Of a DNA stretch of 51,497 bases, positions 17,547 to 25,780 are shown one piece after another. Origin of the DNA: an uncultured bacterium (GTDB taxonomy: Bacteria; Planctomycetota; Phycisphaerae; SM23-33; FEN-1343). Numbering within the stretch: the first letter of the stretch is position 1; every line of letters begins with the position of its first letter. A program made the translations under genes and the position numbers. The notes beneath the pieces are model-generated. The model was given only the letters and a program-made list of their open reading frames with translations, did no database searches and was not told the DNA's origin. The DNA lies in contig CBDVCA010000004.1 in NCBI GenBank assembly GCA_965372365.1, forward strand, positions 1-51,497. Reading direction: 5' to 3'.

Positions 17547-19751
17547 ATGCCAGTAATGCAATTGCCCTCTACATACGTTACGCCGGTCGTCTATCCTCGC
17601 CGTCTGCGGGTGTTCCGCCGTCGCGTCGCCGCCGGCGGCGAAGGCGCGCCGGGGTGGGGTCCTTCCGTCCGGTGCGAGGCTATCGAGCCGCTTCGGTTGC
17701 GGTGGGGCGCTAACGGGGCGCTGACGACGCTGTCGTTGTCGTGTCAGCTTGGGCGGGGACCCGGCGGCGCCGGCCTCAAGCGCATCGAGAATCCCGGCCC
17801 ATGGCCGGCCGCCGGTGATGAGATTATCCTGGTCGACGACGCCGACGGTCCGTGGTTCGTCGGGCACGTGGGGCAGGAATCGATTCTGATCCAGTCGAAC
17901 CCCGACGCCGAATCGCGATCGATCGTCGCCTACGGTCCGGAGATTCGCCTTCGCGCCAAAGCGGTTCACGGTTGCTGGTGCAAGAAGCCGGCGGCCGACG
18001 ACAAGGAACTCGCCGGGACACTGACCGCCGAGGCCGCCATTCGTGAGGCGGTGTTCGTGGCCGATTTGCCCACCGTGTTCAACGCCGACGGCCGGCCCAA
18101 CGCCTCACAGTCGCCGGACGCCGGCGGGGTGGATTGGTCGCTCAGCGGGACCGACGCCGTCGACGGCGAGTGTCGCGTCTTCGAACCGGCCGGGCGCCTG
18201 GTCGCGTCCTCCGGGGGCGGGGCGCCGGTGATCGAGGCCGAACACTGGACGGCCTATACCGCCCTGCGATCGTTGATCGAGTACGTCGACGGTTATGGCG
18301 TGATCTCCCCGACGACCGACTGGGAGGCGATTAAGGGACTGCTGGCCGGAGTGGTTCTGCCGCAGGTGGTCCTTGAGGGCGCCTCGCTGCTGACGGCCAT
18401 CGGTCGCATCCTCTCCCCGGTGGGGTTTGGCTTCCGCCTGGAGCCATGGCCCGATGGCCAGAGCTACGACGACGGCTGCTCGCGGCATCTGCTGGGCGTG
18501 TTTGAACGCCGGCCCACCCAACCGCGGGGACAGGCGCCCGTGCTGGCCGACACCGCCGGGGGGCGAGAATCGATTGCAACCGCCGCCGGGCGAATCGCCC
18601 AGGTGCAGCGGCTGGAGTTCTTGCGAGATTGTCACAACGTCAGCAACGACGTCACCGTCGTCGGCGACGTTCGTCGCGTGCAGGTGTGCCTGGGCTTCGA
18701 CGCCAACGCCCAGACGCGTGATCTGCATCCGGCGTGGAATACGGCCGACCACGACTTGGACGATTGGGCCGTCGATGACGTCGTGCCCGAGATGGACGCC
18801 ATCGACGAAGGCGTCGCCAACCCCCCCGACAACGAGGAGTTCCTTCAGCGATACTGTCGCGGCGGCGATGAGAACCTCACGTACTTCGACGTGTTCCGCA
18901 CGTTCGTGTGGAACGAAGACGGCGCGTATCTGCCGGATGTCACGCGCCTGCCGGATCTGACCGAGATGCTCGGGTCGGCCGACTTCATGCGCCGCCCTCG
19001 ACCGGTCGGCCCGACGTTGCTCCGTGCGACCGAGGCGAGCGGGTCGGGGCGCCTGCCGGCCTATGTCGAGATTGGCGTCGATGGCGACGACAACTCCTGG
19101 ATCCTGCTGCCGCATGCGACCGTGCTTGCCGATCGCGCTGGGTTCACGATTCACATCCCCCGGCCCGACACGTTTTACCCGTACGCCAACGCCCCGACGG
19201 CGTTGCGAGAGAAGTACTGCCTGGGCCGGGGCAAGTTCTCTTTGGCGACGCTTCTGCACAACGCCCTCCGCTCCAACGCCGGCGCGACCGACTACGCCGC
19301 GAGATTTCGCCTGGTCGGATCGATCGCCGCCGACGCGGCCGTGACGGGCCGGGCGCCGTACCGTCTGGATTCCAGTTGGCCGTTCGCTTCGTCCCGCGTG
19401 GAATACCGGCCGGATCGGTTTCGTCTGGCCTCGGTCGCCCCCGGCGGCAATCCCGGCGATCGAGCGGCCGTGACGGCCGACGATTCACTCGACGCCGCGG
19501 CCTACGCCGAAGCGGTGCGAGACGCCGGCGAAGATGCGATGGGTCATGGGTCGGTAGTGTTGCGATCGCTGGTGCGGAACATTTGCCCCGGCATGGCGTG
19601 GTCGCACACCGGCGGTCGTCAAGTGAGCCTGACCGTCGGCGGGGGCGCCCCGCGCCCCGCCGGCGTGATCGGCGTGTCGTGGATCTTCGCCGAAGGCGCC
19701 AACAAGACCGAAGTCATTCTCGACAGTCCCTTGCTGCAGGTGAACCCATGA
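17547..19751 (+). CDS. Large tail tip/baseplate hub-like protein
   Basis: 734 aa in the tail module; WFVGHV…S..AYG.E, N.VTVVG motifs resembling hub proteins. Confidence 0.55.
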   Translation: MPVMQLPSTYVTPVVYPRRLRVFRRRVAAGGEGAPGWGPSVRCEAIEPLRLRWGANGALTTLSLSCQLGRGPGGAGLKRIENPGPWPAAGDEIILVDDADGPWFVGHVGQESILIQSNPDAESRSIVAYGPEIRLRAKAVHGCWCKKPAADDKELAGTLTAEAAIREAVFVADLPTVFNADGRPNASQSPDAGGVDWSLSGTDAVDGECRVFEPAGRLVASSGGGAPVIEAEHWTAYTALRSLIEYVDGYGVISPTTDWEAIKGLLAGVVLPQVVLEGASLLTAIGRILSPVGFGFRLEPWPDGQSYDDGCSRHLLGVFERRPTQPRGQAPVLADTAGGRESIATAAGRIAQVQRLEFLRDCHNVSNDVTVVGDVRRVQVCLGFDANAQTRDLHPAWNTADHDLDDWAVDDVVPEMDAIDEGVANPPDNEEFLQRYCRGGDENLTYFDVFRTFVWNEDGAYLPDVTRLPDLTEMLGSADFMRRPRPVGPTLLRATEASGSGRLPAYVEIGVDGDDNSWILLPHATVLADRAGFTIHIPRPDTFYPYANAPTALREKYCLGRGKFSLATLLHNALRSNAGATDYAARFRLVGSIAADAAVTGRAPYRLDSSWPFASSRVEYRPDRFRLASVAPGGNPGDRAAVTADDSLDAAAYAEAVRDAGEDAMGHGSVVLRSLVRNICPGMAWSHTGGRQVSLTVGGGAPRPAGVIGVSWIFAEGANKTEVILDSPLLQVNP

Positions 19752-20449
19752 CCCGTCCCCATGATATCATCGGCCGCCACGGGCAGGCCGACGTCGCGGC
19801 GCTGGCTGCGGCGTATCCCCATATTCAGCCGCCCTCGTCGGCGACCCTTGACGTTCGCTGGGCCAGCGCCTCGGACAAGTGGCGCAACCGCACCGGCAAC
19901 GGATCGTATGTGGATTGCCACCCTTGCGCCGATCATAGCGGCTCCGGGGCTGTCGCCGGAGTGACGATTCGCATCTATCTGCCGCGAACACTCGGCTGCG
20001 ACCCCAACGTCGAACCGGGGGGCGTGCTCGGCTACCTGCCGGCGGCCGGCGGCGTCTACGTGGCGGTCACCGGCCACGAGGACGCCATGATCGGGACCGT
20101 TCGCATGTGGGCGATCAGCGCCGGCGATCCGCCTCTGGGGTGGACCGAGTGCAAGAATTACGGCACCTCCGGCCGCCCCAATCCCATCGTGAACATGACC
20201 GGTACGTTCCCGGTCGGCCAGGACGCGAACGACTCGGACTTCGATACCGTCGCGGTCAGGAACGGCCAGGGCGTCAAAGAGCATTGCCACGCCATATCGA
20301 TAGACGCCGAGGACCCGCCGTGCGGCTCCACCAACATTGACACGGGCACGTGGGAAACCCGGGAGATTTCAACCCAGAAGGCCAACCACTTGCCGCCTTG
20401 GACCGTCGTGCGTTTTATCGAACGATATGACAACTCCGCGAACGAATGA
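19748..20449 (+). CDS. Tail-collar-domain fibre protein
   Basis: IGTVRMWA…PPLGWTEC…NMTGTFPVG…NHLPPWTVVRFIER matches the phage tail collar/short fibre pattern. Confidence 0.75.
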   Translation: MTRPHDIIGRHGQADVAALAAAYPHIQPPSSATLDVRWASASDKWRNRTGNGSYVDCHPCADHSGSGAVAGVTIRIYLPRTLGCDPNVEPGGVLGYLPAAGGVYVAVTGHEDAMIGTVRMWAISAGDPPLGWTECKNYGTSGRPNPIVNMTGTFPVGQDANDSDFDTVAVRNGQGVKEHCHAISIDAEDPPCGSTNIDTGTWETREISTQKANHLPPWTVVRFIERYDNSANE

Positions 20450-20487
20450 CCCGCCCGCGGCGCCGCCGCGACGACCAAAGGAGACCC

Positions 20488-20997
20488 ATGCAACCACCGA
20501 CCCTTGAATTGCATGTCGAAGCCGAACAGCTTCGTCAACGCATCGACCTGTTGGCCCAAGAGAACCTCACCCTACGGGAATTGGCTGCGCCGTCGGCCGG
20601 ACCGGTCGAGCTTCAGGCCGAGAACATCATCCTCAAGCGTGAAGCGGCCGAACTGGCCGAGTTGGTTCCGCACCTCGTTCCCTATCGCGGCCCGCTCCCG
20701 GAGACGATGGCCGCCTTGGAGGCGATGCCCGACCCTCACCGGCGACAGATCAACACCGAACATCCCGAGCACGTCGAATCGCTGGCTCAGGTGGAGGAGC
20801 TTCTTCGTCGCGCCGCCGATGAAGACGCCCGCGCCGGTCGCCAAGGAGCGGCGTTGGAAGGAGCGGAGGCTTCATCGGCGGCAGCGTTCGCCGCCCTTGA
20901 CCCCGATCGTCGCCTGGACGTCGCGTTGAACATGACCCCCGCCCAGCGGCGAGCGATGTGCGGAGATCTTCCCGTCGCCGACGAGGCCTACCTGTAA
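20488..20997 (+). CDS. Coiled-coil protein ending in a copy of the scaffold C-terminal motif
   Basis: AAGGAG RBS; C-terminal ~40 aa aligns with the end of the 7432-8205 protein. Confidence 0.7.
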   Translation: MQPPTLELHVEAEQLRQRIDLLAQENLTLRELAAPSAGPVELQAENIILKREAAELAELVPHLVPYRGPLPETMAALEAMPDPHRRQINTEHPEHVESLAQVEELLRRAADEDARAGRQGAALEGAEASSAAAFAALDPDRRLDVALNMTPAQRRAMCGDLPVADEAYL

Positions 20998-21001
20998 GGA
21001 G

Positions 21002-21403
21002 ATGTCCGTGCCCGATACGCAGCGCCCCCCGATCCGTCCCGATACCGAGTCCCTTCGCCGTCGACTGGCCGAACTGACCGAAGAGAACGCCCACCTCAGA
21101 GGCCGCGGCCCCGCCAGCCGCGGCAGCATCGAACTGCTTGGCGAGAACGTCGAGTTGCGTCGCCGCGTCGAGCATCTTCGTCAGCGGCTCCCGGTCGCCG
21201 ACCTCGGGGCGACTTCGGCCGCCTACCTGACCATTCATCAAGTGGCGTCGCGACTGAACGCAACGGCCGCCGACGCGTCGCGACTTCTGGCGAAGGTCGA
21301 GACCCGCACCGATCGCAACGGCGTGCAGGTTGTCGCCGTCGACCGATTCGAGCAGTTCATCCTCGACACCGCCGGCGGCCGCAACCCGTCGCGATTTCTG
21401 TAG
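21002..21403 (+). CDS. Coiled-coil plus C-terminal HTH-like protein
   Basis: N-terminus paralogous to the 20488 protein; YLTIHQVASRLNATAADASRLL is HTH-like. Confidence 0.6.
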   Translation: MSVPDTQRPPIRPDTESLRRRLAELTEENAHLRGRGPASRGSIELLGENVELRRRVEHLRQRLPVADLGATSAAYLTIHQVASRLNATAADASRLLAKVETRTDRNGVQVVAVDRFEQFILDTAGGRNPSRFL

Positions 21404-21424
21404 ATCAACAGGAAGGACCGACCC

Positions 21425-21757
21425 ATGACCGATCCGCCTTGCCGCGATTGCATACCTCGTTCCTGCGCCGAGGCGTTCGCCGATATTCGCCAGACGCTGG
21501 GGCACATCGCGACCGTCGCCGAAGCCACACACGTGCAGGCGACCCGCACCAACGGTCGCGTGGCCGAACTGTTCGCCGTCGGCTCCGACCACCGCAGCCA
21601 ACTGACGCGGCTGGAGACCGAACTGGACCATCTCCGCCTGCGGCAGGTCGCCCAGGACACGCTCGCTCGCAGAGCACTCACCGCCGGTTGGCGCCTCGCC
21701 GTTATGCTGGCCGGCGTCGTGGCGTCGCTGTTGGGATTCAAACACCTCATTCGATGA
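21425..21757 (+). CDS. Holin-like coiled-coil protein with C-terminal TM helix
   Basis: TNGRV motif, coiled coil, one C-terminal hydrophobic helix; lysis-module position. Confidence 0.5.
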   Translation: MTDPPCRDCIPRSCAEAFADIRQTLGHIATVAEATHVQATRTNGRVAELFAVGSDHRSQLTRLETELDHLRLRQVAQDTLARRALTAGWRLAVMLAGVVASLLGFKHLIR

Positions 21758-21768
21758 AAGGACAACGC

Positions 21769-22062
21769 ATGGAAATCAAACCGGGAATCAAGTCGACCGA
21801 ATTCTGGACCGCCGCGATCGGCACGCTGGCGGCGGGGCTGCTGGCCGCCGTCGCCGATCATCCTTGGGTGGCGCCCGTCTGCGCGGTCGCGGCGGTAGCG
21901 CTGCCGACGATGTATATCTGGGGACGGGCCATTCTCAAGGCCGAGCTGGCTCGCGAGACCGACCTCGTCCCCGACGCCTGGGAGCCGATGCTCGACAGGG
22001 TGCTGGACCTCGCCGAAGCGCTGGCCAAGGCGCTGCCCGAAACGGGCGCCGACGGTGATTGA
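21769..22062 (+). CDS. Putative holin
   Basis: KPGIKSTEFW followed by two TM helices and YI.GR. Confidence 0.6.
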   Translation: MEIKPGIKSTEFWTAAIGTLAAGLLAAVADHPWVAPVCAVAAVALPTMYIWGRAILKAELARETDLVPDAWEPMLDRVLDLAEALAKALPETGADGD

Positions 22063-22243
22063 GCTGGTCGCGGCCATGGCGTCGCTGGCGCTGCTGGCCG
22101 CTCAATGGTGGCTGTCATCGGCGCCTGCTCGCCGGCGGAATCGCCAACGGCGCGAGAACGTCCGCATCCACAACGAGTTGGCCGGCCGCGACGTGGCGGC
22201 CCTCCGCCGGCGCCTGCGTTGTCTGCGAGCCCAAGGACCGTGA
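22055..22243 (+). CDS. Small N-terminal-TM basic protein (i-spanin-like)
   Basis: TM segment then an Arg-rich helix; overlaps the holin end. Confidence 0.4.
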   Translation: MIELVAAMASLALLAAQWWLSSAPARRRNRQRRENVRIHNELAGRDVAALRRRLRCLRAQGP

Positions 22244-22318
22244 TCGATATCGGCCGCGGCTTGTCCGTCGGCGCCTCCAGCGCCTATACTTCGGTAGCTG
22301 ACGCATCCGAAGGGGGGG

Positions 22319-23335
22319 ATGCCGATGGGGGGTTCTTTCACACGCCGGATTCTGGCGATCATCGTCGTACTCCTGACCGTTGCGCCCGCGGCGTTCGGGC
22401 AGTTCGGCCAGTTCGGGATGCGCCAGTGGCTCGATCCCGATATCGGCAAGTCCAAACCGAAACCCAAAGCCACCTGGGCCGGTAACCGAGACTTCCCGGT
22501 CGATGTGGTCGGCCAAGGCGCCAGGTTCTCCGGCTATCGACAACAGTTGGCCTTCAGCGTTCCGGCCTACCGGGGCGAAACCGACGAACTGGCGGTTCAC
22601 GGCCGCGTGGGGGCCTGGGACCTGACGACCACGGCCCGGCTTCCGGCTACGGGTCGGCGGCTACCCGACCGCTTGTGGCGCATTGGAATGGGCGCCGCGT
22701 ACCGCCGGAAACTCGACACCGGCGCGATATGGGGCGTGGATGTCTCGATCGGTTCGGCCAGCGACCGGCCCTTCGATACCGGCGAGGAGTTCCGATTCTC
22801 GGCCACCGGCATGCTGCGGCTTCCCGAAACCGACAACGAGGGATGGCTGCTGCTGCTGACGTTCGTCAACGCCCGGGAGTGGCTGCCGTACATCCCCCTG
22901 CCCGGCGCCGGCTACATCGTCAATCGCCAAGGCAACTTCCGCGGCCTGCTGGGAGTTCCGTACACCTTCATCCAATATTCCCCCATCGACCGCCTCCGGC
23001 TGGACCTGCGATACCTGATGCTTCGCAACGTCTACGCCCAAGCCACCTACAACGTGCTGCCCAAGGTGGGTCTGTACACCCGGTTCACCTGGAACACCGA
23101 CGCGTACATGCTCAGCCGGCGCCGCGACAAGGACGACCGGCTGTTCTACGACGACAAGCGAATCGCCGCCGGCGTTCGCTGGCAAGCCACCGAAACCATC
23201 GTCCTGGACCTCAGCAGCGGCTACGCCTTCGACCGATTCTTCTTCCTCGGCAGAACCTACGATGACCGCGACAACAACCGCATCGACCTCGAAGACGGAC
23301 CCTTCCTCAGCGCCATCGTCCGCATGCGCTTTTAG
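22319..23335 (+). CDS. Outer-membrane beta-barrel protein
   Basis: Signal peptide, alternating amphipathic strands, C-terminal …VRMRF; own TTGTCC-N18-TATACT promoter at 22261-22290. Confidence 0.7.
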   Translation: MPMGGSFTRRILAIIVVLLTVAPAAFGQFGQFGMRQWLDPDIGKSKPKPKATWAGNRDFPVDVVGQGARFSGYRQQLAFSVPAYRGETDELAVHGRVGAWDLTTTARLPATGRRLPDRLWRIGMGAAYRRKLDTGAIWGVDVSIGSASDRPFDTGEEFRFSATGMLRLPETDNEGWLLLLTFVNAREWLPYIPLPGAGYIVNRQGNFRGLLGVPYTFIQYSPIDRLRLDLRYLMLRNVYAQATYNVLPKVGLYTRFTWNTDAYMLSRRRDKDDRLFYDDKRIAAGVRWQATETIVLDLSSGYAFDRFFFLGRTYDDRDNNRIDLEDGPFLSAIVRMRF

Positions 23336-23336
23336 A

Positions 23337-23531
23337 TTCGTCCGACACGTCGCCGGGGTCGCGACATTGCTGCTGGTGATCTGTGTGTTCGCCGTGTCCG
23401 GCTGTACGCCCGCCGTCGCGCCGTATTCGACCGACGAAGCGGTTCATCTGAAGCATGGGGAACCCGCACCCTTCACGGGTTGGCTGCTCAGTGACGCCGA
23501 CCTGGAGATACTGCTGAGAAAAGCCCCATAG
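23337..23531 (+). pseudogene. Small lipoprotein (o-spanin-like), no clear start codon
   Basis: Hydrophobic stretch, lipobox VSGC, then G.PAPFTGWLLSD. Confidence 0.4.
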
Positions 23532-23924
23532 CCTTACTGGATAGATACCCCAATGCCCCTGGTACTATAACCCCGGAAATATCAGGCGGCTAAGCTACCC
23601 CAAAGCCTCGGCGAAATCTCCGAACCAAGCTGTATGAGTGATTTGCTCGATCTGCTGCAGCATAGGCCAAAAGATTCCGGCGTTCCGAAATCAACAACCT
23701 GAGCCTCTCGGCTGGCTCGGCGTTGCCCAGTATCCCGCCATTCTCTGACAAACTATCTCCAGTGTGCGCAGAAACCAACTGTTCATCTTGCTCGTCGCGC
23801 ATAATCGTCCCTTTCATAGACAATTACATAGATTATCTCGCAAGACAACCTCTGTCAAGGAAGTTCCTGTAGACCAAAAATGTAAGCCCAGCCGTCCCGG
23901 AAGCCCACATATGCCAGCAACTCT

Positions 23925-25280
23925 TTATGGTGAAAGCGCAGCCAACGTGATCCACAACGATATCAATGACAGAACCGTTGCGACAATGGAAGCATAGAAT
24001 CCAATATCCTGTCTGGCGGAAGCGACCCGAATCCGTCTTTTGGCCTCATTCGATAAGTACTTGTACATTAGAGTGTAACGAATCTCATAGCCGCGCCAGA
24101 AGAAGTTTCTGCGGACTTGGCCATTCCGAGCGGTTGCCAAGATGGCTGTATTCGCTTCGTCGTCAGTCACACCCGGCTTTGCTTGAATCGTTCCATCAGA
24201 ATTCGCCAACAAAACCTCTTCTTCCTGGAGTTGCTCCAAAATCAACCGAGTATTCTCATCATCTGTTCCAATCTCGGTCATGGCCTTATCTACGTGCGTC
24301 GGCTGGTCTTGCATTTTGTCGTGGAGATACTGCCACGCTCTAATTGCAATGCTCTCTGCATCACCCATCCAATAAGTGTCACAACCGCTCCCGAACTCTT
24401 CGGCGGGCCTTCCGTCCGCAAGCACGTGCTTGGTGACCCACCAGACGAGACCAACAGTGGAGTCATGGTGATCAATGCTACAATCCGAAGGCGCCACGAG
24501 AATGAGTCGTTGCCTTCGAATTGGCGCGGTTATCCATTCATCGGAATCGACAACTGCACGAATACCATTAATCGAATCGGCATACTCTGGGAACTCATCA
24601 GGAGCAACGGAGGCGAGGTATTCGCTGTAATTGAAGCGGCAGAACTTGGGGCAAAAGAGCGTTGCGTCTTGAGCCCAGTGTATGTGGGAAGCAGGAGTCT
24701 CCAAGTACTGCAAATCTCTACGCGCAGACAACCCAAGTAGGTTGACCGGCTCCAGCACAAGCCTCACCGCGTAATCCTCTCCCTTCACCAAGCGATCAAA
24801 GCCCAGTTCAAACACGGTTCCGCAGATCTGGGAAATCGTAATGGCTTCCTTGTCGGCCATGTTATCCAAGAGGCCGACTGTCGGCACAACGACTTTGCCG
24901 GTCAGAACTCGCTTCCGAGGCACAAAACTGCCTTCAGGATCAGTTTCTGCAACGGATATAGTGAACAGTCCATTGTTTGGGTCAAACGAAGCGCCGTAGC
25001 CAACAGGAGTTTCGTAAACAACGTCGTCTTTCCCGTGGCTACCTGGCGCCTTCGCAACCGTAGCCGCGATCGTCGGCTGTTCGCAATCGGCAGTATTCAG
25101 GAGAAGGTCGTGAGGGGAAATACAGCGAACACGTAAGGTATCGAGGTCCATTGGACATTTGAAGAAGATATCGTACACCTCACGAATCCTCAGGCCGCCT
25201 TCTTCATTGACGTGAAGGTAAACGTACTGGCCCATGAACGTGATCGGCAAGTAAACAGGGGTTAGCAAACAGACAGACAT
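23925..25280 (-). CDS. Hypothetical protein with wHTH-like segment and C-terminal TM helix (low-GC islet)
   Basis: 451 aa ORF with atypical codon usage; C-terminal IGFYASIVATVLSLISLWITL. Confidence 0.65.
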   Translation of the reverse strand: MSVCLLTPVYLPITFMGQYVYLHVNEEGGLRIREVYDIFFKCPMDLDTLRVRCISPHDLLLNTADCEQPTIAATVAKAPGSHGKDDVVYETPVGYGASFDPNNGLFTISVAETDPEGSFVPRKRVLTGKVVVPTVGLLDNMADKEAITISQICGTVFELGFDRLVKGEDYAVRLVLEPVNLLGLSARRDLQYLETPASHIHWAQDATLFCPKFCRFNYSEYLASVAPDEFPEYADSINGIRAVVDSDEWITAPIRRQRLILVAPSDCSIDHHDSTVGLVWWVTKHVLADGRPAEEFGSGCDTYWMGDAESIAIRAWQYLHDKMQDQPTHVDKAMTEIGTDDENTRLILEQLQEEEVLLANSDGTIQAKPGVTDDEANTAILATARNGQVRRNFFWRGYEIRYTLMYKYLSNEAKRRIRVASARQDIGFYASIVATVLSLISLWITLAALSP

Positions 25281-25310
25281 GATGATTCCCCATATATGAA
25301 GTTTAGATGA

Positions 25311-25348
25311 TTGTAGACATCTATAATGAGAGTGGTTGCTCTTGTCAA
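25311..25348 (-). promoter_or_regulatory. Sigma70-like promoter with overlapping imperfect palindrome
   Basis: TTGACA-N17-TATAGA on the minus strand; TTGTAGA-CA-TCTATAA at 25311-25326. Confidence 0.45.
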
Positions 25349-25780
25349 GATCGTAGCATGACTATATTTCGCAGAAGGCTACGGAGTGTCCCCCGGGGTG
25401 GGGGCGGTCTGGCGCACGCGTACCCGGAGAGAGAGACGTTGGCTGTGAGGGCGGCAATGATGGCTATTGAGAAGAATGGCTCCAGTGGCTTGGTCATTTG
25501 GTCGATAAATATTGCAATTCAAGTAGAGCTTTTTGCGAATAGATGGGGAGCGTGAGATGAGCAAGGCTAGTGATAAAAAAGAGTTATCGGTTCAAGCGCT
25601 CCAGAAATGCGTGGAAGAAAAGCGGATCGGGACCGTATATAGCGCCAGCGTGAGAGTGGCGGCGCAGTTGCCGGTTACCGCCAGTCGACGTAAGCGTTAT
25701 CGACCCAAAATATCGACTAAGTGATGGCCAATCGCGTGTGCAGCTTTCCGCAACCCTTGCAAGGAAACTGGCCGCTAATC

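Noticed and set aside
10320-20449. Diversity-generating retroelement targeting spike or fibre genes
   Set aside because: No reverse transcriptase and no TR/VR pair differing at adenines was seen in the window
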